A stretch of DNA of 46,524 nt from Gammaproteobacteria bacterium. Lineage in GTDB: Bacteria; Pseudomonadota; Gammaproteobacteria; UBA4575. The stretch lies in contig CBDCTA010000023.1 in NCBI GenBank assembly GCA_965221955.1, positions 1-46,524 of the forward strand. Direction: 5' to 3'. Positions 1 to 10,905 of this stretch are shown in pieces (the first letter of the stretch is position 1; the number at the start of each line of letters is the position of its first letter). The translations under genes were made by a program, and so were the position numbers. The notes under the pieces were generated by a model. The model saw only the letters and a list, made by a program, of their open reading frames with translations. It did no database searches and had not been told where the DNA came from.

Positions 1-528
1 AGACAAGAATACTACAAAGGTATTTAACACACCTTGTATCAGTCCCATCGTTACCATATCACCATTTGCGACATGACTAATTTCATGCGCCATGACCGCT
101 TCCGCCTCATCATGACTCATAGCATTTAATAAGCCAGTACTTACTGCAACTAAAGCATTGTTACGGCGCATTCCAGTCGCAAACGCATTCACTTCAGGAG
201 TATCAAAAATTCCAACTTCCGGCATACCAATATTGGCTTGTTCTGCTTGACGTTGCACCGTATCCATCAGCCATTGTTCAACTTGGTTAGAGGGCTGCTC
301 AATCATGCGTACACCCATTGATCTTTTTGCCATCCACTTAGACATGGCTAAAGAAATAAACGAACCGCCAAAACCAATAATTAAAGACATAATAAATAAA
401 CCAGTTAACTGGCCTGACATGCCATTTTGCGCCATGATTTTATCCAGCCCAAATAGCTGTGCAGCGATACCCAATACAACAATTACTGCAAAGTTAGTCG
501 CGATCAGTAGAAAAATTCGTGTAGCCAT
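1..528 (-). CDS. htpX: Zn-dependent membrane protease HtpX (5' part; runs off window start)
   Basis: Manual translation from ATG at 528: [20 protein letters not shown]..., contains [14 protein letters not shown] (HExxH motif typical of HtpX); GAGGA RBS upstream. Not in the ORF track because truncated. Confidence 0.92.
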   Translation of the reverse strand, partial: MATRIFLLIATNFAVIVVLGIAAQLFGLDKIMAQNGMSGQLTGLFIMSLIIGFGGSFISLAMSKWMAKRSMGVRMIEQPSNQVEQWLMDTVQRQAEQANIGMPEVGIFDTPEVNAFATGMRRNNALVAVSTGLLNAMSHDEAEAVMAHEISHVANGDMVTMGLIQGVLNTFVVFLS

Positions 529-620
529 TCATCAGTCCTCAAAAATTCTTAGATAATGCTAATTTAGTCTTTATATATGTTATCAATATATGGAGCCTAA
601 CTTTAATAAATTCAAGCGCC

Positions 621-2888
621 TTATTCCTCATCCTCTTCTATGTGTACCTCAATTGCATCCACACTTCGATACCCTTGTGAAAGCTTCAACCCTCTTTGAC
701 CACGCTCACCTACAAAAGTGTCAATCTCATCGCCCTTCATTTTCTTAGTACGTTTACCTGCATATATAGTGATGGTTTCTCCATCTTGCACTAATGCAAT
801 CGCACGCATGGATTCTTCGCCACTGACCACTTTCTTGCTTGGAATATTAATGATTTTATTACCCTTTCCTTTTGGCAATATTGGGATTTCATTCAATGGA
901 ATCACCAGCATATTTCCTGCAGAACCAATGGAAATAATCCAGTCTTCTTCAATATCACGCACCCGTATAGGTGGCAATGCTTGTGCGCCTTTAGGTACTG
1001 ATAACATCGCTTTACCCGCACGATTACGTGTAAACATATCTTCAAGTTTAGCTACAAACCCATAACCTGCACTGCTAGAGAGCAAGTAATAATCGGCAGG
1101 TTCACCCATCATTACCCCTACAAATTGCGCACCATCAGCTGGTTTTAGTTTGCCACTGAGAGGCTCACCCTGGCCCCGTGCCGAAGGTAGTGTGTGCGCA
1201 GGCAAAGCATAACAACGACCACGTGAATCAATGAACAATGCATTTTGGTTTGATTTTCCATAAGCATGGTCCTGATACGCATCGCCAGACTTATAATTTA
1301 ACTCACGCGCATTCACATCATTACCCTTAGCTGCGCGTACCCAACCTTTTTGTGATAGCACTACGGTAATGGCTTCTGAAGGCACTAATTTGGATTCATC
1401 AATTGCCGTTGCTGCTTCACGTTTTACTAATTTAGAACGACGCTCGTCTCCAAACTCTTCAGCATCTTGTTTAAGCTCTTTTTTAATTAAGGTTTTCAAA
1501 CGTGCATTTGAACCTAGTGTTTGTTCTAGTGATTTTCGTTCTGCTGCGAGTTCTTTTTTCTCGGTTTTTATTTTTATTTCTTCAATTTTTGCTAAATTGC
1601 GTAACCTTAAATTTAAAATATATTCAGCTTGCTCATCGCTAAGCTTGAATTTTTTCATTAACTTAGCTTTAGGATCATCTTCATTGCGAATAATCTTAAT
1701 CACTTCATCAATGTTTAAATAAGCAATCAACAAGCCGTCTAATTCATGCAAACGTTTAGCCACTTTATCTAAACGCCACTGCAAGCGTTTCTTTACAGTG
1801 TCTTTTCTAACCTCTAACCATTCTTTTAGCAGATCACGTAGATTTTTTACCTGCGGACGCCCATCGACACCAATTACATTGAAATTAGCACGATAATTTT
1901 TTTCTAAATCAGTGGTAGCAAAAATATGCGACATTAAGTCATCAACATTGATGCGATTATTGCGCGGAGTGATCACGATGCGAATTGGGTTTTCGTGATC
2001 AGATTCGTCACGCAAATCTTGAACCATAGGTAATTTTTTCGCCTGCATTTGTTGTGCAATTTGCTCTAACACTTTCGCACCAGATACTTGATGAGGTAAC
2101 GCAGTCACTACAATATCCGCATCTTCTTTTTGATACACTGCTCGCATGCGTACAGAGCCTGTACCTGTTGTATAGATTTCTTTGATTTCTTTCGGATCAG
2201 AAATAATTTCAGCACCCGTTGGATAATCTGGCCCTTTTATATGTTTACAGAGCTCAGCAACCGTTGCTTTAGGGTGATCAAGCAAATGCACACAAGCATT
2301 CACGACCTCATTTAAATTATGCGGTGGAATATCAGTAGACATGCCTACTGCGATACCCATACCTCCATTCAACAAAACATTCGGCAAACGCGCAGGTAAA
2401 ACACATGGCTCCGATAACGTTCCATCAAAGTTAGGAATCCATTCTGTCGTACCCTGATCCAGCTCTTGCAATAAAGCTTTAGCATATTTAGTTAAACGCG
2501 ACTCGGTATAACGCATTGCAGCAAATGATTTTGGATCGTCCGTTGAACCCCAGTTCCCTTGCCCATCAATCAATGGATAACGATACGAAAAAGACTGCGC
2601 CATAAGCACCATCGCTTCATAGCAAGCACTGTCACCATGTGGGTGGTACTTTCCGATAACATCACCGACTGTACGTGCAGACTTCTTATGCTTCGAAGCT
2701 GCAGACAAACCAAGTTCTGACATGGAATAAATTATCCTGCGCTGCACAGGCTTCAAGCCATCACCAATATTTGGCAAAGCACGATCCAGAATCACATACA
2801 TGGAATATTCCAAATATGCTTTTTCAGCAAATTCTTGAATAGGTAGTTTTTCGGACTGTTCAAAGTCCATTTCTAAATTATCACTCAT
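621..2888 (-). CDS. parC: DNA topoisomerase IV subunit A
   Basis: [44 protein letters not shown]; about 755 aa; downstream of parE. Confidence 0.97.
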   Translation of the reverse strand: MSDNLEMDFEQSEKLPIQEFAEKAYLEYSMYVILDRALPNIGDGLKPVQRRIIYSMSELGLSAASKHKKSARTVGDVIGKYHPHGDSACYEAMVLMAQSFSYRYPLIDGQGNWGSTDDPKSFAAMRYTESRLTKYAKALLQELDQGTTEWIPNFDGTLSEPCVLPARLPNVLLNGGMGIAVGMSTDIPPHNLNEVVNACVHLLDHPKATVAELCKHIKGPDYPTGAEIISDPKEIKEIYTTGTGSVRMRAVYQKEDADIVVTALPHQVSGAKVLEQIAQQMQAKKLPMVQDLRDESDHENPIRIVITPRNNRINVDDLMSHIFATTDLEKNYRANFNVIGVDGRPQVKNLRDLLKEWLEVRKDTVKKRLQWRLDKVAKRLHELDGLLIAYLNIDEVIKIIRNEDDPKAKLMKKFKLSDEQAEYILNLRLRNLAKIEEIKIKTEKKELAAERKSLEQTLGSNARLKTLIKKELKQDAEEFGDERRSKLVKREAATAIDESKLVPSEAITVVLSQKGWVRAAKGNDVNARELNYKSGDAYQDHAYGKSNQNALFIDSRGRCYALPAHTLPSARGQGEPLSGKLKPADGAQFVGVMMGEPADYYLLSSSAGYGFVAKLEDMFTRNRAGKAMLSVPKGAQALPPIRVRDIEEDWIISIGSAGNMLVIPLNEIPILPKGKGNKIINIPSKKVVSGEESMRAIALVQDGETITIYAGKRTKKMKGDEIDTFVGERGQRGLKLSQGYRSVDAIEVHIEEDEE

Positions 2889-2955
2889 ATTAAATACTAG
2901 TTAGTTCACTCGAGCTAAGTTTCCCTTTTCTCTAACCTGACCTCGCATAATATTT

Positions 2956-4842
2956 TCATACTCGCACCAAGTTTCCTTTTTTCTCCAGCCATTTCTTACG
3001 ATCCGCAGCACGTTTTTTTGCTAGCAACATATCAATTAATTGAACAGTTTTCTTTTGATCTGTTAATGAAAGCTGTACAAGGCGACGGGTATCCACCGAC
3101 ATTGTCGATTCACGTAACTGCATAGGATTCATTTCACCCAAACCTTTGAAGCGCGTAATGGTTATCTTACCTGTTTTCTTTTCAGCCTTAACACGATCTA
3201 ACACACCCTGTTGTTCTTCATCATCCAACGCATAGAACACTTCTTTGCCTACATCGATACGATACAAAGGTGGCATCGCCATATACACATGCCCTGCTTC
3301 AACTAAAGCGCGAAAATGTTGTAAGAACAATGCACACAGCAAGGTCGCGATATGCAATCCATCTGAATCCGCATCGGCTAACACACAGATTTTTCCATAG
3401 CGCAATCCAGACAAATCAGAGCTGCCTGGCTCAATACCAATCGCAACCGATATATCGTGCACCTCTTGTGAACCTAACACTTGCTCCGAAGCTACCTCCC
3501 AAGTGTTTAATATCTTCCCTCGCAACGGCATAATGGCTTGATACACACGATCGCGTGCTTGCTTTGCTGAGCCACCTGCAGAATCTCCTTCCACTAAAAA
3601 TAATTCGGTGCGCGATAAATCTTCAGAAGTACAATCAGCAAGCTTTCCAGGTAGAGCCGGACCGCTGGCAATTTTTTTACGTACCACTTTTTTGCTTTTA
3701 CGCAAACGTGATTCAGCATTACTAATCGCCAGTTGAGCAATTTGTTCCCCAGACTCAGCATTTTGATTCAGCCAATGACCAAATGAATCTTTAGCAACTC
3801 CCGCAACAAACACTGCTGTTTCGCGCGAACTTAAACGTTCCTTTGTTTGCCCAGCAAATTGAGGGTCTTTAATTTTGACGGATAGTACATAGCACAGTCT
3901 TTCCCAAACATCTTCAGGTGTAAGTTTTACACCGCGTGGTAAAAGTTTTCGAAACTCACAAAACTCTCGCAAAGCTTCGGTAAGTCCAGTACGCAAGCCT
4001 GAAACATGTGTGCCCCCTTGCGCAGTTGGCACAAGATTGACATAACTTTCTTTTAAACCCTCACCTTCTTCCAACAACCAGGTAATGGCCCATTCAACCG
4101 TTTCTTGTTCACCTTCAAAATGCTCACAAAATGAATCTTGTGGAATATGTTCAATACCTTCTACGGATTCCAACAAATAATCTTTTAAGCCATCTTCAAA
4201 ATACCATTCGTGCTTTTTCTTATTTTGCTGATCATCAAAAGTAATTTTTAATCCAGGACATAAAATGGCTTTGGCCCGCATGGTGTGCAGCAATTTTGGA
4301 ACCGAAAATTTATCGCTTTCAAAATACTTTGCATCTGGCCAAAAACGTATTGTCGTACCAGTATTTCTTTGTCCCACACTCCCCACAACTTCAAGCTTGG
4401 AACTTTTCTTACCGCCTTTAAAGGCCATGTTGTATTCTTTACCACCGCGACGCACCCAAATCTCAAGATTTTTTGATAAAGCATTGACCACCGAAACCCC
4501 TACGCCATGCAAACCACCCGAAAAAGAATAATTTTTATTCGAAAATTTACCGCCTGCGTGCAAAGTGCTGAGGATAACTTCGACGCCAGGTAGTTTTAAC
4601 TTAGGATGTTTATCTACTGGCATGCCACGGCCATCATCTGCAACCTCTAGCGAACCATCTTTATAAAGTTTTACGTCGATAGATTTTGCATGCCCCGAAA
4701 TTGCTTCATCGACACTGTTGTCGATCACCTCATGCGCCAAATGGTTAGGGCGCGTCACATCAGTGTACATACCAGGTCGCTTGCGGACTGGGTCTAACCC
4801 GCTCAATACTTCAATATCAGAAGCGTCGTATTTACCTACCAT
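2956..4842 (-). CDS. parE: DNA topoisomerase IV subunit B
   Basis: VRKRPGMY, EVIDNSVDE, GGLHGVGVSVVNALS, VEGDSAGGSAKQ, PLRGKILN, DADSDG; 628 aa, shorter than GyrB. Confidence 0.97.
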   Translation of the reverse strand: MVGKYDASDIEVLSGLDPVRKRPGMYTDVTRPNHLAHEVIDNSVDEAISGHAKSIDVKLYKDGSLEVADDGRGMPVDKHPKLKLPGVEVILSTLHAGGKFSNKNYSFSGGLHGVGVSVVNALSKNLEIWVRRGGKEYNMAFKGGKKSSKLEVVGSVGQRNTGTTIRFWPDAKYFESDKFSVPKLLHTMRAKAILCPGLKITFDDQQNKKKHEWYFEDGLKDYLLESVEGIEHIPQDSFCEHFEGEQETVEWAITWLLEEGEGLKESYVNLVPTAQGGTHVSGLRTGLTEALREFCEFRKLLPRGVKLTPEDVWERLCYVLSVKIKDPQFAGQTKERLSSRETAVFVAGVAKDSFGHWLNQNAESGEQIAQLAISNAESRLRKSKKVVRKKIASGPALPGKLADCTSEDLSRTELFLVEGDSAGGSAKQARDRVYQAIMPLRGKILNTWEVASEQVLGSQEVHDISVAIGIEPGSSDLSGLRYGKICVLADADSDGLHIATLLCALFLQHFRALVEAGHVYMAMPPLYRIDVGKEVFYALDDEEQQGVLDRVKAEKKTGKITITRFKGLGEMNPMQLRESTMSVDTRRLVQLSLTDQKKTVQLIDMLLAKKRAADRKKWLEKKGNLVRV

Positions 4843-4920
4843 TTACTTCCTTTAAATTTCAATTTTTGATTTATAAATATAGTAATTGTAGGAATCCCAT
4901 CACGTCAGTATGCTAACTGC

Positions 4921-7900
4921 ATGACGGGCTCCAATATTGAACAAACTAATAAGACTAAACGCGCCACAGACCCTTATGCAAATATTGCGGTATTTGCTTC
5001 GGCAGGCAGCGGCAAAACCTATCTTCTTGTTCACCGTATATTAAAACTTTTACTTAATGGTGTTGAACCCGCACATATTTTAGCCATTACGTTCACTCGC
5101 AAAGCTGCTGCGGAAATGCAGGAACGTTTGATGAAAGTATTGGCTGAATGGGCTTCTGCAGATGACTCACAATTAGAGACAACACTAAAAGATCTTTCAC
5201 ATTCATATAACAACGCAAGCATAGCAAAAGCGAGGAAGTTATATGAAGAATTATTATTTGCAGAACATGAGATACGGATTACTACTTTTCATGCATTTTG
5301 CCAGGATATTCTAAAACGCTTCGCAATTCATGCTGGTGTACCTGCAGGCTTTCGAGTTACAGAAAACACATTGACTCTCAAGCAGGAGGCGCGCAAACGA
5401 TTATTTAAACTCGCGCAATCTGAAAAGCATGAAAAATTAAACCAGACATTATTCAAACTGCTTGATCATTGCAATAGTGTCAATAATATCCATCAAGTCC
5501 TAGATACCTTTTTAGACTCCAGAAGCGATTGGTGGAGCTTTACCGAAAACCAAACTGATCCTACTGCATATGCAGAGCAATGCTTACACAAACTCTTATT
5601 TAATAAACCCTTTGATCAAGCAGCATTTATCACAACGATAACACCTCTAACACAAGAATATTCCTCATATCTATTTTTACATCAAACTGCAACCAATCAG
5701 CGTCATGGTGAATCTCTGTCTCGTTTTCTAGAACAACCTGATATTCAGCATCTCAATACCATTTTCTACGTTTTTTTAACCAGAAAATTTGAAAAACGTC
5801 AACTTAAAACTGGCAAAGCGTTAGAAAAAAGTTTGGGTACCGAGAAAATGCATAAGTTTCTTGTACTACACGAAACTATTTGCGAACAACTCCTGGAATA
5901 TATTGATTACACAAAGAAACAAGCTCTATTTGAGTTTAACCAAGCTTGGTATTATGCAGGCAAGCTATTATTAGACGAATATCAATCTCTCAAATTTAAT
6001 CAACATACTTTAGATTTTGATGATTTAGAGTGGTATACCTATCTACTACTCAATCAACATGAAAGTGCTGCATGGGTACAATACAAACTCGATCAACGCA
6101 TTCAACATATTTTAATCGACGAATTCCAAGACACAAATCCCACACAATGGAAGTTACTATTACCTTTACTTGATGAGCTCGCGATCGACGCTCACGACAA
6201 TCATAGAAGTTTATTTTTTGTAGGTGATGCCAAACAATCCATATACGGGTTTCGTCGCGCTAATTCAAAGCTGCAATTTACCGCGGCCGATTGGGCCAAA
6301 CAACACCTGAATGCAGATTTGCTTGAAACGGATGACTCTTATCGTTCATCACCCGCAATTATAAAATTTGTTAATCAAATTTTTTCTCAAGAAAAAATCG
6401 AACTGAGTAATTTCAACTCGCATTGTGCCATTCAGTCTAATTTGTGGGGTGAAGTGCATGTTGAGCCGCTCATCTCTATAGAAGACTTAGGCAACGACAA
6501 AGCCAAGCAAACTTCTTTTCGCAATCCGCTGATCAAAGGCAAGCAAGACATTGAATATGATTGTCACTTTATAGAAAGTCAGCAAGTTGCAAAAAAGATC
6601 ACTCGATTAGTAAACAGCACAACCAGTATTCTCAGTGATTCTGGTGCGCGTACTATTGAGTATCGCGACATTATGATCCTCGCCAGAAATCGCACTCATC
6701 TTGCACAGCTTGAGCTTGCCTTACGAGAACAAAGGATCCCCTATAACAGTACTTATGACAAAGATTTTTTATCGTCTTTGGAGGTTCAAGATATTTTGGC
6801 GCTGCTGACTTATCTTGTTCAGACTCATAATGATTTAGCACTAGCACAAGTATTACGCTCACCATTGTATGCCATCAGTGATGAAGAAATGATGCAAATA
6901 GCTATGCAGAAAGAACCTACGTGGCATGAAAAGCTTGAAACCTATTCCAAGCAAGCCAATAACTCCATTGCAAGACAAGCAGTTGAACAATTAGAAAGCT
7001 GGAGAAAAATTGCAAATTCATTACCGGTTCATGACCTACTAGATCAAATCTATTTTCAAACGAATCTACTCACTCGTTATTCTCATTGCATCAGCAATGA
7101 AGGCTCTGAGGAGTTAAAAATACAGGTATTGGAAAATTTAACCTCTTTATTACAACTGAGTTTAGATTTAGATGCAGGCAGATACTCAAGCATTCAATCG
7201 TTTCTACAAGCTTTACAAAATCCAAATGCCAGTAGTTCACTGTCAAGCAATAAACCACAACAGAGTGAAAACGCTGTACAAATCATGACGATTCATTCAG
7301 CAAAAGGCTTGGAAGCACCGGTAGTATTTTTAATCGACACTGGTCCACAAAAAAGCAAACCGCGTACTTATCAATCCATTATTAATTGGCCACCAAGCGC
7401 ACAACAGCCCGAGCAGTTCTTCATATTGGGACGTAAAGATGACATAGATAAAGATACACAAGCCATTATTAAGCACCAAACAAATAAGGATTATCTTGAA
7501 GAACTTAATTTGCTTTATGTAGCGCTTACACGCGCCAAACAATATTTATTTGTCAGCGGCACTGCATCGAAACACAATACATTTTCATGGCACTCTATCA
7601 TTCAAGATGCGTTTGAGAAAGCAGACGACGATGAGCCATTAGAGTTTAGTTTTGGCACTCCCACAACAGCAAAAAAACCAAATGATCAAACTAGTACAGA
7701 AGGGCCTCCAGAATTAGATCTAAACTTCGATCTAAGCCTACCCTTCCCTATAACGGATGTAACAAACCCTTCTACTGAACAACTTGCTGCAATAGATGAG
7801 CAGCAAGCAGATTATGGAACGCTAGTACATAAGATTCTAGAGCTCGCGGAACAAAAGCACTTCCAGAATCAAGATTATGAGGAATTAAAATTTGTAGTAG

Positions 7901-8307
7901 ATACTGCACTGGGCACCACAACAACATCACAAGAATTTGATCGCGCTCTTGATGAGGTTAAAAATTGTTTGGAAACCCCCAAGCTACACGAGTTATTTTC
8001 TGAAGCTCCTGGAAAAGAAATTTTAAAAGAAATACCTATCAGCTTCACCAACAAAGACAACGTTTTTTATCGCATCATCGATCTACTGATCATTACAGAT
8101 TCGACCGCTTGGGTCATTGACTATAAAACCACGAGCGATGTGGCTATTGAGACTATGCAAGAACATGCTAAACAATATCTAAATCAGATCAACACTTATC
8201 GTAATGCCGTAACGAAACTTTATCCTGAGAAAGCAATACGAGCTTCGATCTTATTTACGTCGATTCCAGCACAGTATGATTTTTCAGAGGAAGAGTTAAT
8301 TAATTAG
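4921..8307 (+). CDS. UvrD-family helicase with C-terminal PD-(D/E)xK nuclease (AddA/RecB-like)
   Basis: ASAGSGKT, AITFTRKAA, LIDEFQDT, VGDAKQSIYGFR, MTIHSAKGLE, LYVALTRAK; C-terminal IDLL..VIDYKT nuclease motif. Confidence 0.9.
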   Translation: MTGSNIEQTNKTKRATDPYANIAVFASAGSGKTYLLVHRILKLLLNGVEPAHILAITFTRKAAAEMQERLMKVLAEWASADDSQLETTLKDLSHSYNNASIAKARKLYEELLFAEHEIRITTFHAFCQDILKRFAIHAGVPAGFRVTENTLTLKQEARKRLFKLAQSEKHEKLNQTLFKLLDHCNSVNNIHQVLDTFLDSRSDWWSFTENQTDPTAYAEQCLHKLLFNKPFDQAAFITTITPLTQEYSSYLFLHQTATNQRHGESLSRFLEQPDIQHLNTIFYVFLTRKFEKRQLKTGKALEKSLGTEKMHKFLVLHETICEQLLEYIDYTKKQALFEFNQAWYYAGKLLLDEYQSLKFNQHTLDFDDLEWYTYLLLNQHESAAWVQYKLDQRIQHILIDEFQDTNPTQWKLLLPLLDELAIDAHDNHRSLFFVGDAKQSIYGFRRANSKLQFTAADWAKQHLNADLLETDDSYRSSPAIIKFVNQIFSQEKIELSNFNSHCAIQSNLWGEVHVEPLISIEDLGNDKAKQTSFRNPLIKGKQDIEYDCHFIESQQVAKKITRLVNSTTSILSDSGARTIEYRDIMILARNRTHLAQLELALREQRIPYNSTYDKDFLSSLEVQDILALLTYLVQTHNDLALAQVLRSPLYAISDEEMMQIAMQKEPTWHEKLETYSKQANNSIARQAVEQLESWRKIANSLPVHDLLDQIYFQTNLLTRYSHCISNEGSEELKIQVLENLTSLLQLSLDLDAGRYSSIQSFLQALQNPNASSSLSSNKPQQSENAVQIMTIHSAKGLEAPVVFLIDTGPQKSKPRTYQSIINWPPSAQQPEQFFILGRKDDIDKDTQAIIKHQTNKDYLEELNLLYVALTRAKQYLFVSGTASKHNTFSWHSIIQDAFEKADDDEPLEFSFGTPTTAKKPNDQTSTEGPPELDLNFDLSLPFPITDVTNPSTEQLAAIDEQQADYGTLVHKILELAEQKHFQNQDYEELKFVVDTALGTTTTSQEFDRALDEVKNCLETPKLHELFSEAPGKEILKEIPISFTNKDNVFYRIIDLLIITDSTAWVIDYKTTSDVAIETMQEHAKQYLNQINTYRNAVTKLYPEKAIRASILFTSIPAQYDFSEEELIN

Positions 8308-9031
8308 TCTTCTTAGCTTGTTCATCCAACATCGCAGCCAAATCTTTCGCCGGACGATAACCAGGAATTAAAGTCCCATCATCAAGTAACAATGCAGGTG
8401 TCCCAGTAACACCTAATTGTTGCCCGACATTAAATTGAGATGCGATAGGATTATCACAGTTCGCTTGAGGAACACTTTCGCCCGCCTTCGCTTTGGTCAT
8501 TGATACTTGTTGATCTTTAGCACACCAAACATTTACGGCCTTTTGGAAAGATGGGGTGTTGGGCCCACTACGTGGAAACATCATATAACGAATTTTCACA
8601 CCATAACTATTTAGCTGATCCATTTCTGCGTGTAATTTTCTACAGTAACCGCAATCAATATCGGTAAACACTGTAAGTGTATGACGAGGCTTTTCAGGAG
8701 AAAACACAATCATTTCAGACTCTTTTAGCTGACTCATCGCAGTTTTACGCAATGAAGCTTTTGTGGTCTCAGTCATGTTTTCATTGGTATCCAAATCTAA
8801 CAGCGCTCCTTGTAAAACATATCGACCATCAGAGGAAACATAAAAAATCTCCGAACCAAATACCACTTCATACAAACCAGCTACAGCTGTAGGTTTTACT
8901 GAATCTGGTTTCTCTTGCGGCGCTAGCTTTTCTAAACGCTCCATAATATTTGCAACATGTTCTGCCTGATCCGCGTAGGCAACTTGTGTGCAAAATAAAA
9001 CGAGCACGAAAGAAATGATCAACTTATACAT
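8300..9031 (-). CDS. dsbC: Thiol:disulfide isomerase DsbC
   Basis: Signal peptide, FTDIDCGYCRKLH, GVTGTPA; follows xerD as in other gammaproteobacteria. Confidence 0.93.
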   Translation of the reverse strand: MYKLIISFVLVLFCTQVAYADQAEHVANIMERLEKLAPQEKPDSVKPTAVAGLYEVVFGSEIFYVSSDGRYVLQGALLDLDTNENMTETTKASLRKTAMSQLKESEMIVFSPEKPRHTLTVFTDIDCGYCRKLHAEMDQLNSYGVKIRYMMFPRSGPNTPSFQKAVNVWCAKDQQVSMTKAKAGESVPQANCDNPIASQFNVGQQLGVTGTPALLLDDGTLIPGYRPAKDLAAMLDEQAKKTN

Positions 9032-9192
9032 TACTGTTAATTCCCTATTTAATATAAAATAAATATTATGGATTTTTAGATTATCGTAGGCCGATTACAG
9101 CCGTACTATATAGGACCCGAATCGAGAAGAATAATTTCAGCCTTTAGAATGGCCAAAATAGCCGCCCAGACACAGATTTAGCTAAGTTATAT

Positions 9193-10110
9193 CTATCCTC
9201 TGGGATGGTGCTGTCGGTGTAATTCCTGCAATCTAGCCTGCGCGACGTGCGTATAGATCTGGGTGGTAGACAAATCACTATGCCCTAATAACATCTGCAC
9301 CACGCGCAAATCAGCTCCATGATTCAATAAATGCGTTGCAAATGCATGTCTCAGCGTGTGTGGTGAGAGGTGTTTAGTAATCCCTACATTCTTAGAGTGC
9401 TTTTTTATCAAATGCCAAAATGCTTGCCTTGTCATTGCAGCACCACGATTGGTGATGAACAACGCATCACATTGGCGATTATTTTTTAATAAATCTGCAC
9501 GCGCTTCGTTTATAAACTTAGAAATCCACTCGTTGGCCTGTTCACCAAATGGAATCAAGCGTTCTTTGTTCCCTTTTCCAATTACACGAATCACGCCGTG
9601 ATTTAAATTAACCTGACTTAAAGTTAAACCAATCAACTCACTAACTCGCAACCCGCATGCATAGAGCACTTCTAACATGGCTCGATCACGTACACCTTGC
9701 GCCTTATTAGTATTCGGTGCAGCAAGCAGACGCTCAACCTCTTCTTCGGTTAACGTTTCGGGCAAAGGGCGTCCGAGTTTTGGAAACTCGATTTGTGCAG
9801 ACGGATCTTTTTGCACTGCACCCTGGCGCACTAAATAACGATAAAAACGACGAATACTGGATAACAATCTTGCCGAAGTGCGCGGCATACTGCCTTGTTG
9901 CACTCGATAGGATAAATAATCTAATAAATGATCCCTACGTGCCTCAGTAATATTGACCGTCATCTTGGACAGCCACTTAGAAAGCCCAAGCAAATCGTTT
10001 CGATACGCGGATAATGTGTTTTCACTTAAACCGTGTTCAACCCAAAGCGTATCTAAAAATGCTTCGATTACGGGTTGATCAGATGGTAATGTAAATGAGG
10101 AATCACTCAT
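9193..10110 (-). CDS. xerD: Site-specific tyrosine recombinase XerD
   Basis: LSENTLSAYRNDL, RDRAMLEVLYACGLRVSEL, GKGNKER, SPHTLRHAFATHLLNHGADLRVVQMLLGHSDLSTTQIYTHV, HHPRG end. Confidence 0.96.
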   Translation of the reverse strand: MSDSSFTLPSDQPVIEAFLDTLWVEHGLSENTLSAYRNDLLGLSKWLSKMTVNITEARRDHLLDYLSYRVQQGSMPRTSARLLSSIRRFYRYLVRQGAVQKDPSAQIEFPKLGRPLPETLTEEEVERLLAAPNTNKAQGVRDRAMLEVLYACGLRVSELIGLTLSQVNLNHGVIRVIGKGNKERLIPFGEQANEWISKFINEARADLLKNNRQCDALFITNRGAAMTRQAFWHLIKKHSKNVGITKHLSPHTLRHAFATHLLNHGADLRVVQMLLGHSDLSTTQIYTHVAQARLQELHRQHHPRG

Positions 10111-10201
10111 GTAATTGAAATCGGATTATTAACCTCATAAAGTTTAAGTTTATGAATTTCACATAATAAAATCAACTTTTACATCGTTATTAAAAACCAC
10201 A

Positions 10202-10630
10202 ATGAAATCTACATCCACATCTAATATTCAACATGTTTCTTTATTAAGGCGCTTTGGTGCAATTTTGTATGATTTCTTTTTGTTAATTACGGTTCTATTC
10301 ATTGCATCTTTCTTAGTAGTCGTTCCCTTTAACCTTAAACCTGAAAATCCTTTTTTCTTTTTATATCAAGCGTATATCTTTGTTGTTGCATTTATTTTCT
10401 TTGCTTGGTTTTGGACCCACAACGGACAGACATTGGGCATGCGCACATGGAAAATACAATTAGTAAACGATGATGATTCAGCGATAAGTTGGGGCACTGC
10501 ACTGATTCGCTACTCTGTAGCAACACTTTCCTGGCTTGCACTAGGACTCGGCTTTCTTTGGAGCTTATGGGACAAACAACACCGAACTTGGCACGACATC
10601 GCTTCGAAAACGAAATTGGTTCGTACTTAA
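10202..10630 (+). CDS. RDD family membrane protein
   Basis: RRFGAILYD, GQTLGMRTW, R.WHDIASKT.LV motifs. Confidence 0.9.
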   Translation: MKSTSTSNIQHVSLLRRFGAILYDFFLLITVLFIASFLVVVPFNLKPENPFFFLYQAYIFVVAFIFFAWFWTHNGQTLGMRTWKIQLVNDDDSAISWGTALIRYSVATLSWLALGLGFLWSLWDKQHRTWHDIASKTKLVRT

Positions 10631-10650
10631 TTTAAATATTTGCTTCGACC

Positions 10651-10800
10651 ACCATGGATGGCGGAAGTGCAGAAATTGCACGGCTGCAAGGATGCGGGAG
10701 GTAGAGTAACGCAGGAGCAGTTGCCGAGGAGCAAATTTCTGTCGGCCAATTAGTGAGTACATGGAAGTACGAATAAGAGCTACAACAAGGATGTTGTATC
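10651..10800 (+). other. Cluster of GGA-loop hairpins (nested small repeat or CsrA/RsmA-binding RNA-like element)
   Basis: Eight GGA motifs in about 150 bp, several in short stems: ccATGGAtgg, gcAAGGAtgc, gcAGGAgc, gtacATGGAagtac, acaacAAGGAtgttgt. Confidence 0.55.
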
Positions 10801-10805
10801 AGATT
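10753..10805 (+). repeat. Left terminal inverted repeat (53 bp)
   Basis: gtgagtacatggaagtacgaataagagctacaacaaggatgttgtatcagatt; 42/53 identical by manual alignment to the reverse complement of 23323-23375. Confidence 0.85.
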
Positions 10806-10823
10806 AAAGTCAGTCTAAATTAA

Positions 10824-10853
10824 AATGTCCGCTTTCGGCCAAAAGCGGTCATT
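10824..10853. repeat. 30-bp palindromic site 1 (form A)
   Basis: aatgtccgcttt cggcca aaagcggtcatt. Confidence 0.93.
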
Positions 10854-10905
10854 AACGCTATGGTTCATTCACAACACATGCAACGTAGCGGTTGGAACCA
10901 ACTTG

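Noticed and set aside
305-556. 83-aa plus-strand ORF
   Set aside because: Antisense shadow of htpX.
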